From assembly GCF_013167455.1 (NCBI RefSeq), contig NZ_CP038328.1: a DNA stretch of 64,000 nt; one strand, 5' to 3'. The position numbers and the translations under genes were made by a program. The notes beneath the pieces were generated by a model, which did no database searches, was not told where the DNA came from, and worked only from the letters and a program-made list of their open reading frames with translations. This document shows, in pieces, positions 12,634 through 27,737 of the stretch. Source of the DNA: Escherichia coli O157:H7 (GTDB lineage Bacteria; Pseudomonadota; Gammaproteobacteria; Enterobacterales; Enterobacteriaceae). Each line of letters starts with the position of its first letter. The first letter of the stretch is position 1.

Positions 12634-13235
12634 TGATGAATATAATCAGACTTTATATTTATCCGTTATTTCTCGGCTTTGTTATTGTACCGTTGTTGGT
12701 GTGGCCGACGGTGGTTGCGCTGGCTGCCTGTGTAATCACGCTGAGTTTTCTGGGAGAAATACTGTTCTCAATCCCGCTCATGCACAGGCGTATTTCCCTT
12801 CTGCAATTACAACTATGGTTATCGGCTGAATATGCGCTTTTCTTCTGTGCAATGGTGGGCGTTGGTTGGCAATTTGCGCGCAGAACGCCACCTGAATTGA
12901 AAAGCAGACTGCATTGTTGGCTGGTATTTGCACCAGTTTATTTCTGGTTGCTCCTGTGGAATATCATTTTTTATGTCGCGCCAGCGCAAATTGCTTTGCT
13001 GGAAAATATGCGCAGTTTCTTTCTGACAGTTGTCTGGCTCCCACTGAATTTTTCGCCATTTTGGTCTCAACAGTGGATCGACTTTGTCGGTCCGATAAGT
13101 GCACAGCTTGGTTTTGCGTTGGGATATTATTGCCAGTGGCGTAGCAAAAATAGAAGCCAGATACGGAAGTGGAGTGAGTGGGGAACGTGCTTAAGTTTTG
13201 TTACGTTGGGTATGATGGCGTGGGCTTTGCGGTAA
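12633..13235 (+). CDS. integral membrane protein (about 6 TM), paralog of the N-terminal membrane domain of ORF 10098-11615
   Basis: 200-aa hydrophobic ORF; its ATG overlaps the upstream stop (TAATG); shares LGFALGYYCQW versus ISFSLGYAWPT and a similar helix spacing with the ORF1 N-domain. Confidence 0.7.
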   Translation: MMNIIRLYIYPLFLGFVIVPLLVWPTVVALAACVITLSFLGEILFSIPLMHRRISLLQLQLWLSAEYALFFCAMVGVGWQFARRTPPELKSRLHCWLVFAPVYFWLLLWNIIFYVAPAQIALLENMRSFFLTVVWLPLNFSPFWSQQWIDFVGPISAQLGFALGYYCQWRSKNRSQIRKWSEWGTCLSFVTLGMMAWALR

Positions 13236-13288
13236 TTCCCTGAATCAAAAAGTAGGTCAGATTGTTGACAACGTGGCGCTTTGTTCAT

Positions 13289-13387
13289 GCCTGATGCGGC
13301 GTGAACGCCTTATCAGGCCTACAAAATCATGCAAATTCAACATATTGCATAAACCACGTAGGCCTGATAAGCGTAGCGCATCAGGCA
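13289..13387. repeat. BIME: two REP elements in inverted orientation
   Basis: gcctgatgcggcgtgaacgccttatcaggcctac (13289-13322) and gtaggcctgataagcgtagcgcatcaggca (13358-13387) match the enterobacterial REP consensus. Confidence 0.85.
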
Positions 13388-13449
13388 ATTTTGTGTTTGT
13401 CATCAGTCTCAGGCCAGATTGAAATCTGACCTGATCACCTTACGTTAAT

Positions 13450-14955
13450 TTACGACGCCAGCGACAACTTCTGCTGCGTATATTCCACCAGCCACTGACT
13501 CACACGAGATTGTTGATCCGCATTCAGCCACATGCCTTGTTTTGTGCGACGCCACAGGGCATCGTCGGCGCGGCGGACCCACTCGTGGTCGACCAGATAT
13601 TTCAGCTCCGTTTCGTAGAACTCATGACCGAAATCTTCCCCAAGATCGCTTACCGCTCCCGCATTGCCGAGCAGCAGCTCGCTGTTGCTGCCATAAGTAC
13701 GCGCGTAATGACGTGCCAGCGATTCGGTCAGGAACGGATAACGGCGGCGTAAGCGAGCGGCATAATCGTCGCGGTCGCCCTCGATGGCGCCACCCGGTAG
13801 CACGCTCTCTTTCGTCCATGCCGGGCCAATACCCTGATAATACGGCGTTAGTTTTTCCAGCGCATGTTCCGCCAGTTTTCGGTAGGTGGTCAGCTTACCG
13901 CCGAATACCGACAGCAGCGGTGCTTTGCCATTTTCATCATGAATATCAAGGGTGTAATCACGGGTAATAGCCTGCGGCGAGTCGGACTCATCATCACACA
14001 GCGGACGCACACCGGAGTAGGTCCAGACGATATCGTCACGGCTAAGCTGTTTTTTAAAGTGCGCGTTATACACTTTCAGCAGGTAATTGATTTCACTCTC
14101 TTCAATCTTCACTGCTTTCGGATCGCCTTTGTATTCCACATCGGTGGTGCCGATGATGGAAAACTCGTCCATCCACGGGATCACGAACACAATACGTTTA
14201 TCTTCGTTTTGCAGAATGTAGGCCTGCTTTTGGGTATGCACGCGCGGCACCACAATATGGCTGCCTTTGATCAGGCGAATGCCATAAGGCGAAGGCAGAT
14301 GCATCCCGTCGTCGAAGAACTGTTTCACCCACGGGCCGGTGGCGTTAACCAGGCCGCGCGCTTGCCAGCTATATTTTTTGCCGGTATCGATATCTTCCGC
14401 TTCCACAATCCACAGGCCGTTTTCGCGACGAGCAGAAGTAGCACGAGTACGAGTAAGCACTTCGCCGCCTTTACGCACCACCATCTGGGCGTTGGCGAGC
14501 ACCAGACGGGCATCGTCTACCCAACAGTCGGAATATTCGAATCCGCGCTTAATTTCCGGTTTTAACACTGAATTTGCGCCAAAACGCAAACCAGTTGATC
14601 CCGGCAGGCTGGTGCGTTTACCCAGATGATCGTACATAAACAGACCAATGCGAATCATCCACGCCGGGCGCAGATGCGGACGATGTGGCAGGCGAAAACG
14701 CATCGGGAAGGCGATATGCGGGGCCATTTTCAGCAGCACTTCACGTTCAGCCAGCGCCTCGCTGACCAGGCGGAATTCATAGTGCTCAAGGTAGCGCAGG
14801 CCACCGTGAATGAGTTTTGAACTGGCGGAAGAGGTCGCGCAAGCGAGATCCTGCGCCTCCAGCATCAGCACGGATAAACCGCGTCCAGCGGCGTCTGCCG
14901 CGATACCAGCACCATTGATGCCGCCACCTATCACAATCAGATCTTTGGTTTCCAT
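13450..14955 (-). CDS. glpD: aerobic sn-glycerol-3-phosphate dehydrogenase
   Basis: ORF track 13450-14970; protein METKDLIVIGGGINGAGIAADAAGRGL... (FAD GGGxxG motif); start set at the internal Met to give the 501-aa form. Confidence 0.95.
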   Translation of the reverse strand: METKDLIVIGGGINGAGIAADAAGRGLSVLMLEAQDLACATSSASSKLIHGGLRYLEHYEFRLVSEALAEREVLLKMAPHIAFPMRFRLPHRPHLRPAWMIRIGLFMYDHLGKRTSLPGSTGLRFGANSVLKPEIKRGFEYSDCWVDDARLVLANAQMVVRKGGEVLTRTRATSARRENGLWIVEAEDIDTGKKYSWQARGLVNATGPWVKQFFDDGMHLPSPYGIRLIKGSHIVVPRVHTQKQAYILQNEDKRIVFVIPWMDEFSIIGTTDVEYKGDPKAVKIEESEINYLLKVYNAHFKKQLSRDDIVWTYSGVRPLCDDESDSPQAITRDYTLDIHDENGKAPLLSVFGGKLTTYRKLAEHALEKLTPYYQGIGPAWTKESVLPGGAIEGDRDDYAARLRRRYPFLTESLARHYARTYGSNSELLLGNAGAVSDLGEDFGHEFYETELKYLVDHEWVRRADDALWRRTKQGMWLNADQQSRVSQWLVEYTQQKLSLAS

Positions 14956-14988
14956 GCTGCCCTCATTCACTTTCGTTAAAGTTCATAA

Positions 14989-15006
14989 ATGTTCGTTATC
15001 GAACAT
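14989..15006. promoter_or_regulatory. GlpR operator in the glpD / glpEGR divergent control region
   Basis: Perfect palindrome ATGTTCG-TTAT-CGAACAT, matching the glp operator consensus (WATGTTCGWT-AWCGAACATW); further half-site-like motifs (AACAT) at 15031-15072. Confidence 0.7.
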
Positions 15007-15066
15007 ATTAGCAAAGAATCGCGCTTTAGGTAACATTGAAAAAACATTTTAGAGTGATATGTATAA

Positions 15067-15471
<405 letters not shown>

Positions 15472-15503
15472 CGCTTTATACTGTCCCCTTTTGTGTGGAA
15501 TAA

Positions 15504-16346
<843 letters not shown>

Positions 16347-16362
16347 TTCCAGGGATTTAGAA

Positions 16363-17121
16363 ATGAAACAAACACAACGTCACAACGGTATTATCGAACT
16401 GGTTAAACAGCAGGGTTATGTCAGTACCGAGGAGCTGGTGGAGCACTTCTCCGTCAGCCCGCAGACTATTCGCCGCGACCTCAATGAGCTGGCGGAGCAA
16501 AACCTGATCCTGCGCCATCATGGCGGTGCGGCGCTGCCTTCCAGTTCGGTTAACACGCCGTGGCACGATCGTAAAGCCACCCAGACCGAAGAAAAAGAGC
16601 GCATCGCCCGCAAAGTGGCGGAGCAAATCCCCAATGGCTCGACGCTGTTTATCGATATCGGCACCACGCCGGAAGCGGTGGCGCACGCGCTGCTCAATCA
16701 CAGCAATTTGCGCATTGTCACCAACAATCTTAACGTTGCTAACACGCTGATGGTAAAAGAGGATTTCCGTATTATTCTCGCCGGTGGCGAATTACGCAGC
16801 CGCGATGGCGGGATCATTGGCGAAGCGACGCTCGATTTTATCTCCCAGTTCCGCCTTGATTTCGGCATTCTGGGGATAAGCGGCATCGATAGCGACGGCT
16901 CGCTGCTGGAGTTCGATTACCACGAAGTTCGCACCAAACGCGCCATTATTGAGAACTCGCGCCACGTTATGCTGGTTGTCGATCACTCGAAATTTGGCCG
17001 TAACGCGATGGTCAATATGGGTAGCATCAGCATGGTAGATGCCGTCTACACCGACACCCCGCCGCCAGTAAGCGTGATGCAGGTGCTGACGGACCACCAT
17101 ATTCAACTGGAGCTGTGCTGA
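16363..17121 (+). CDS. glpR: glycerol-3-phosphate regulon repressor (DeoR family)
   Basis: MKQTQRHNGIIELVKQQGYVSTEELVEHFSVSPQTIRRDL... 252 aa; start trimmed from 16312 to the ATG at 16363; 3' end overlaps the rtcR 3' end by 19 nt (convergent). Confidence 0.93.
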   Translation: MKQTQRHNGIIELVKQQGYVSTEELVEHFSVSPQTIRRDLNELAEQNLILRHHGGAALPSSSVNTPWHDRKATQTEEKERIARKVAEQIPNGSTLFIDIGTTPEAVAHALLNHSNLRIVTNNLNVANTLMVKEDFRIILAGGELRSRDGGIIGEATLDFISQFRLDFGILGISGIDSDGSLLEFDYHEVRTKRAIIENSRHVMLVVDHSKFGRNAMVNMGSISMVDAVYTDTPPPVSVMQVLTDHHIQLELC

Positions 17122-18701
17122 TCCTGCACGGCTTCCCACGTCAGACCAAAACGCGCCAGGTATTTGCGTAGCCGATCCGCGTCATTGACGCTGGCTTTGC
17201 CCTGGCGCGAAACGTCAAAAAGCTGGCGTCCGGCTGCGGAAAGCGACTTTGCCTGGCGGCAGATTGCGATAACGTGTTCCAGTTGCATACGGTCGAAGAG
17301 ATCGATGTTTTCTGCCTCTGCGCCCAGCAACGCCGTAAGCGCGGAGGGGCGGCTCTCCTGCCAGTTATAGCGCAGACGGTTTATCTCATCTTCAACCACG
17401 TCCAGAGTAATGCGTCCGCTAGAGGCAAAGGTTGCCATTCGCGTGACGCTGGCAGAAAGCTCGCGAAAGTTACCGCGCCATGTTGCCTGGGGAGATGTCG
17501 CAAAGGCCAGCCAGGCGCGCCGCGCTTCGGTGTTAAAACGCACGCTGTCGCCGGTGAGTGAAGCGTGGCGCTCCACTTCATAATCCAGGTTAGGTTCAAT
17601 ATCTTCCTGACGCTGGCGTAGCCCCGGCAGGGTGAAGGTCCAGAGATTGATCCGCGCGTATAGATCTTCGCGGAATTTGCCATCGGCAACCAGCTGGCGC
17701 AAATCACGCACCGTTCCGGCGATAAGCTGAAAATCACTGCTCACCTGGCGATCGCTGCCAAACGGATAAAAGGTTTTTTCTTCAATGGCTTTCAGCAGCA
17801 TTGCCTGTTCGTCTGCGCCCAGTTCGCCAATCTCATCAAGAAACAACATTCCGCCGTTGGCGCTGCGTAATAATCCTTCACGAGATTCCCGTGCCCCGGT
17901 AAACGCGCCTTTCACATGACCAAACAGCGTCGACATGGCGGTATCGCCGCGCAGGGTTGCGCAGTTCACTTCCACAAACGCGCCGCTAAACTGATGCCGC
18001 GCCTGTTTTAATTCAAATATACGTCGCGCCAGAAATGACTTGCCCGCACCGGTTGGGCCGTTTAGCAGGATCGGTGCGCGGGATTTAATCGCTACTTTTT
18101 CAATCTGCTCAATCATGCGGTTGAAGTGGGGGTTACGCGTGGCAATACCGGACTTAAGAAAATCAAGCGTTTGCTGGCGTTCCTCGGCAAAGCGGCTGGC
18201 GATGGCGTTATAAAGGCTTAAATCGAGATCGATAATCGTCACTTCACCTGCGCCGCGCGGCTGTTCTTTTTTGCGCGGAGGTGAAGATTGTATCAACCGG
18301 GCGGGCAGGTAACGCGCTTCAGCCAGCAGAAACCAGCAAATCTGCGCGACGTGGGTGCCGGTGGTGATGTGAATTAAATAGTCTTCTTTTTCTGGCTGAA
18401 ACTCGTAACCACGGGCGAAATCATGCAGGCAGGCGTAAACCTCTTCGAAATCCCACGGGTTATGCAGTTCAATCTCAACGCTCACCACTTCGGTTTCTGG
18501 CGAAACGCTGGCGATATCGCGTTTAAGCGTTTCAAATAGCGAGCGCGAGCGGGCGTCATGCAATAATTCCAGTCGATCGATGACTAACGATTCTTGCTGG
18601 CATATACAGAGTGACGGACGCCATTTCGACCAGCGCTGACTGCCGCGCCCGGCATAATCCAGCACTGTTCCGACAAAGCCAAAAGCCACTGTTTTACGCA
18701 T
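17103..18701 (-). CDS. rtcR: sigma-54-dependent transcriptional activator of rtcBA (CARF-AAA+-HTH)
   Basis: 532-aa ORF with GPTGAGKS Walker A and the GAFTGA sigma-54 interaction motif; divergent from rtcB. Confidence 0.95.
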   Translation of the reverse strand: MRKTVAFGFVGTVLDYAGRGSQRWSKWRPSLCICQQESLVIDRLELLHDARSRSLFETLKRDIASVSPETEVVSVEIELHNPWDFEEVYACLHDFARGYEFQPEKEDYLIHITTGTHVAQICWFLLAEARYLPARLIQSSPPRKKEQPRGAGEVTIIDLDLSLYNAIASRFAEERQQTLDFLKSGIATRNPHFNRMIEQIEKVAIKSRAPILLNGPTGAGKSFLARRIFELKQARHQFSGAFVEVNCATLRGDTAMSTLFGHVKGAFTGARESREGLLRSANGGMLFLDEIGELGADEQAMLLKAIEEKTFYPFGSDRQVSSDFQLIAGTVRDLRQLVADGKFREDLYARINLWTFTLPGLRQRQEDIEPNLDYEVERHASLTGDSVRFNTEARRAWLAFATSPQATWRGNFRELSASVTRMATFASSGRITLDVVEDEINRLRYNWQESRPSALTALLGAEAENIDLFDRMQLEHVIAICRQAKSLSAAGRQLFDVSRQGKASVNDADRLRKYLARFGLTWEAVQDQHSSS

Positions 18702-18834
18702 CTTAGATATCCTTATAAAAGACGATATTTCATTATCGGTAAATTGGCTTTGCGGGAAATCTCCGTTTACGGACGTAAAGATATAATCTTTTTAAAACAA
18801 TGAATTAAAAAATTAATCTGCTTATTTAATTTTC

Positions 18835-18850
18835 TGGCACGACGGTTGCA
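18835..18850 (+). promoter_or_regulatory. sigma-54 (RpoN) promoter of rtcBA
   Basis: TGGCAC-gacgg-TTGCA, a perfect -24 GG / -12 GC element about 40 bp upstream of the rtcB ATG. Confidence 0.85.
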
Positions 18851-18888
18851 ATTATCAGGACCGCAAACAACGAAAAGAGAAAAACAAA

Positions 18889-20115
18889 ATGAATTACGAA
18901 TTACTGACCACTGAAAATGCCCCGGTAAAAATGTGGACCAAAGGCGTGCCGGTAGAAGCCGATGCGCGTCAGCAACTTATTAATACGGCGAAGATGCCGT
19001 TTATTTTCAAACATATTGCGGTAATGCCTGATGTACACCTGGGTAAAGGTTCCACCATTGGTAGCGTGATCCCGACCAAAGGGGCGATTATTCCGGCGGC
19101 GGTGGGCGTGGATATTGGCTGTGGAATGAACGCACTACGTACCGCTTTAACGGCGGCTGACCTGCCGGAAAACCTGGCGGAGCTGCGTCAGGCGATTGAA
19201 ACTGCGGTGCCGCACGGGCGTACCACTGGCCGTTGTAAACGTGATAAAGGCGCATGGGAAAACCCGCCTGTTAACGTCGATGCGAAATGGGCTGAGCTGG
19301 AGGCCGGTTATCAGTGGTTAACGCAAAAATATCCGCGTTTCCTTAACACTAACAACTATAAACACCTGGGAACGCTGGGAACGGGTAACCACTTTATTGA
19401 AATCTGCCTTGATGAGTCGGACCAGGTGTGGATTATGCTGCACTCCGGTTCACGCGGAATTGGTAATGCCATCGGGACTTACTTTATCGATCTGGCGCAA
19501 AAAGAGATGCAGGAAACGCTTGAAACATTGCCGTCGCGTGATCTGGCGTACTTTATGGAAGGTACGGAATACTTTGATGATTACCTGAAAGCCGTGGCCT
19601 GGGCGCAGCTTTTTGCCAGCCTTAACCGCGATGTGATGATGGAAAACGTAGTAACGGCGTTGCAGAGCATTACGCAGAAAACGGTCAGACAGCCACAAAC
19701 GCTGGCGATGGAAGAGATCAACTGTCACCACAACTATGTGCAAAAAGAACAGCACTTTGGTGAAGAGATCTACGTGACGCGTAAAGGCGCGGTGTCTGCG
19801 CGTGCTGGTCAATATGGAATTATTCCAGGGTCGATGGGAGCGAAAAGCTTTATCGTCCGTGGGCTGGGAAATGAAGAGTCGTTCTGTTCGTGCAGCCACG
19901 GTGCCGGGCGGGTTATGAGCCGTACTAAAGCGAAAAAAATGTTCAGCGTGGAAGATCAAATTCGTGCCACCGTGCATGTGGAATGCCGTAAAGATGCCGA
20001 AGTGATCGACGAAATCCCGATGGCGTATAAAGATATTGATGCGGTGATGGCGGCACAAAGCGATCTGGTGGAAGTTATCTACACCCTACGTCAGGTGGTG
20101 TGCGTAAAAGGATAA
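18889..20115 (+). CDS. rtcB: RNA-splicing ligase RtcB (3'-phosphate/5'-OH RNA ligase)
   Basis: 408-aa ORF, MNYELLTTENAPVKMWTKGVPVEADARQQL... Confidence 0.96.
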   Translation: MNYELLTTENAPVKMWTKGVPVEADARQQLINTAKMPFIFKHIAVMPDVHLGKGSTIGSVIPTKGAIIPAAVGVDIGCGMNALRTALTAADLPENLAELRQAIETAVPHGRTTGRCKRDKGAWENPPVNVDAKWAELEAGYQWLTQKYPRFLNTNNYKHLGTLGTGNHFIEICLDESDQVWIMLHSGSRGIGNAIGTYFIDLAQKEMQETLETLPSRDLAYFMEGTEYFDDYLKAVAWAQLFASLNRDVMMENVVTALQSITQKTVRQPQTLAMEEINCHHNYVQKEQHFGEEIYVTRKGAVSARAGQYGIIPGSMGAKSFIVRGLGNEESFCSCSHGAGRVMSRTKAKKMFSVEDQIRATVHVECRKDAEVIDEIPMAYKDIDAVMAAQSDLVEVIYTLRQVVCVKG

Positions 20116-21147
<1,032 letters not shown>

Positions 21148-21196
21148 AATCCCTCCCGGATCAGACTCATCAGTGTGACTATCCGGTAGAGGTAAA

Positions 21197-21682
21197 TTAC
21201 TCCAGAGTAATGGGATACAGTAAGGTAAGTGACTGGAATGGTGAAGGTACAAAGGCATACTTCAGATAGAAATTGCGTACTGAATCGTCTAAGGCATGAA
21301 CAATGAGCGCACGAACCCCTACCTGTTGAGCTATGGACATTGTGCGATAGACTGCATCTTTCAACAATGCGACGCCCAACCCTTTACCTGCCCAGGCTTG
21401 ATCAATTGCCAGTCTGCCTAATACGACAACAGGCAACGATTCGGGAGCATTACGTCGCATGGCTCCAGGGGCCAAATTACGTTGAATACTGCCTGTAGAA
21501 AGGCAGTAATAGCCGATTACCTGGCGGGTATTGGCAATACAGATAACGTAAACACGAGACAGACCGGAGCTGTGATTTTTTAACGCTTTCTTTTTTAGCC
21601 ATTCATTCATCCCGTGATCGGAACAGCAAAAGTCAGCCAGATTATGTTCAGACGTTAGGGGAGTAGGAGCCGTTATTCCCAT
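21197..21682 (-). CDS. GNAT-family acetyltransferase toxin (TacT/AtaT/ItaT-like; family members acetylate aminoacyl-tRNA)
   Basis: 161-aa ORF with acetyl-CoA-binding motif Q-x-x-G-x-G (QAWAGKGLG); start overlaps the upstream DUF1778-type ORF by 10 nt; N-terminus MGITAPTPL resembles TacT-like toxins. Confidence 0.8.
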   Translation of the reverse strand: MGITAPTPLTSEHNLADFCCSDHGMNEWLKKKALKNHSSGLSRVYVICIANTRQVIGYYCLSTGSIQRNLAPGAMRRNAPESLPVVVLGRLAIDQAWAGKGLGVALLKDAVYRTMSIAQQVGVRALIVHALDDSVRNFYLKYAFVPSPFQSLTLLYPITLE

Positions 21683-21957
21683 GGCGATTTACGATTCATC
21701 AACGCGTTAATTTTGGCCTGACGCTCAGCAGTGATGGGGGCGTCCAGGGCAGCGAGAAACGCATCGTATTGCTCGTCATCAAGGATGAATAGTCGTTGAT
21801 CTAATAAGATGTCTTGCGCTTCACGGCATGCGGCATCCAGCATAAAATCAGTGCGCGATTTTGCGACCAGATTCGCTGCCATATCAATCAGGTCACGCTG
21901 TGAGGCTTTCGCTCTGATATTGATTGGCGCTTCTTTGCTTTCCGGTTTCATATTCAT
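21673..21957 (-). CDS. DUF1778 / ribbon-helix-helix-like antitoxin partner of the GNAT toxin
   Basis: 94-aa ORF immediately upstream of and overlapping the GNAT gene; acidic small protein with N-terminal ...PINIRAKASQRDLIDMAA... typical of TacA/AtaR-class antitoxins. Confidence 0.75.
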   Translation of the reverse strand: MNMKPESKEAPINIRAKASQRDLIDMAANLVAKSRTDFMLDAACREAQDILLDQRLFILDDEQYDAFLAALDAPITAERQAKINALMNRKSPWE

Positions 21958-21960
21958 GAG

Positions 21961-22010
21961 CCTGTAGTGCGATTTTATATACAGTATAAAGAGTGTACAT
22001 AAAAACGCTA
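21961..22010 (-). promoter_or_regulatory. putative promoter/operator of the toxin-antitoxin operon
   Basis: AT-rich 60-bp spacer between the antitoxin start and the malT stop, containing inverted repeats TATAC-a-GTATA and TGTACA; inferred from the usual autoregulation of such operons, not demonstrated. Confidence 0.3.
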
Positions 22011-22017
22011 TACAAAC

Positions 22018-24729
<2,712 letters not shown>

Positions 24730-24845
24730 TCACTTCACTGTGGAAAATGAGGAAATATTATTTTTTTTGCGCTTCGTAATTAATGGTTATAAGGTCGGCC
24801 AGAAACCTTTCTAATGCAAGCGATGACGTTTTTTTATGTGTCTGA

Positions 24846-24867
24846 ATTTGCACTGTGTCACAATTCC
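24846..24867 (-). promoter_or_regulatory. CRP-like site in the malT promoter region
   Basis: On the malT strand reads AATTGTGACACAGTGCAAATTC; resembles the CRP site described for malTp. Recalled, not verified. Confidence 0.35.
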
Positions 24868-25215
24868 AAATCTTTATTAACAACTCACCTAAAACGACGC
24901 TGATCCAGCGTGAATACTGGTTTCCCTTATGTTCATCAGATTCATTTAAGCAAGGGTTTCTTCTTCATTCCTGATGAAAGTGCTATCTAAAAAGATGATC
25001 TTAATAAATCTATTAAGAATGAGATGGAGCACACTGGATATTTTACTTGTGAAACTGTTTCACTCCTTTACTTAATTTATAGAGTTACCTTTCGCTTTTT
25101 GAAAATACGCAACGGCCATTTTTTGCACTTAGATACAGATTTTCTGCGCTGTATGGCATTGATTTGCTGCTAATCCTGTGGTTTGCACTAGCTTTAAGTG
25201 GTCGAGATCACATTT

Positions 25216-25263
25216 CCTTGCTCATCCCCGCAACTCCTCCCTGCCTAATCCCCCGCAGGATGA
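25216..25263 (+). promoter_or_regulatory. MalT boxes of the malPQ promoter
   Basis: GGATGA at 25258-25263 plus inverted copies (gctcatcc, ctcctcc) just upstream, matching the MalT box consensus GGA(T/G)GA about 70 bp before the malP ATG. Confidence 0.55.
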
Positions 25264-25310
25264 GGAAGGTCAACATCGAGCCTGGCAAACTAGCGATAAC
25301 GTTGTGTTGA

Positions 25311-27728
<2,418 letters not shown>

Positions 27729-27737
27729 GGAAGCTCG

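Noticed and set aside
13409-13434. Imperfect inverted repeat (tcaggccagat...atctgacctga) as glpD terminator
   Set aside because: Arms are mismatched and there is no U-tract on the glpD strand; the nearby REP/BIME more likely provides 3'-end structure.
13864-14565. 233-aa plus-strand ORF inside glpD
   Set aside because: Antisense to glpD; no support.
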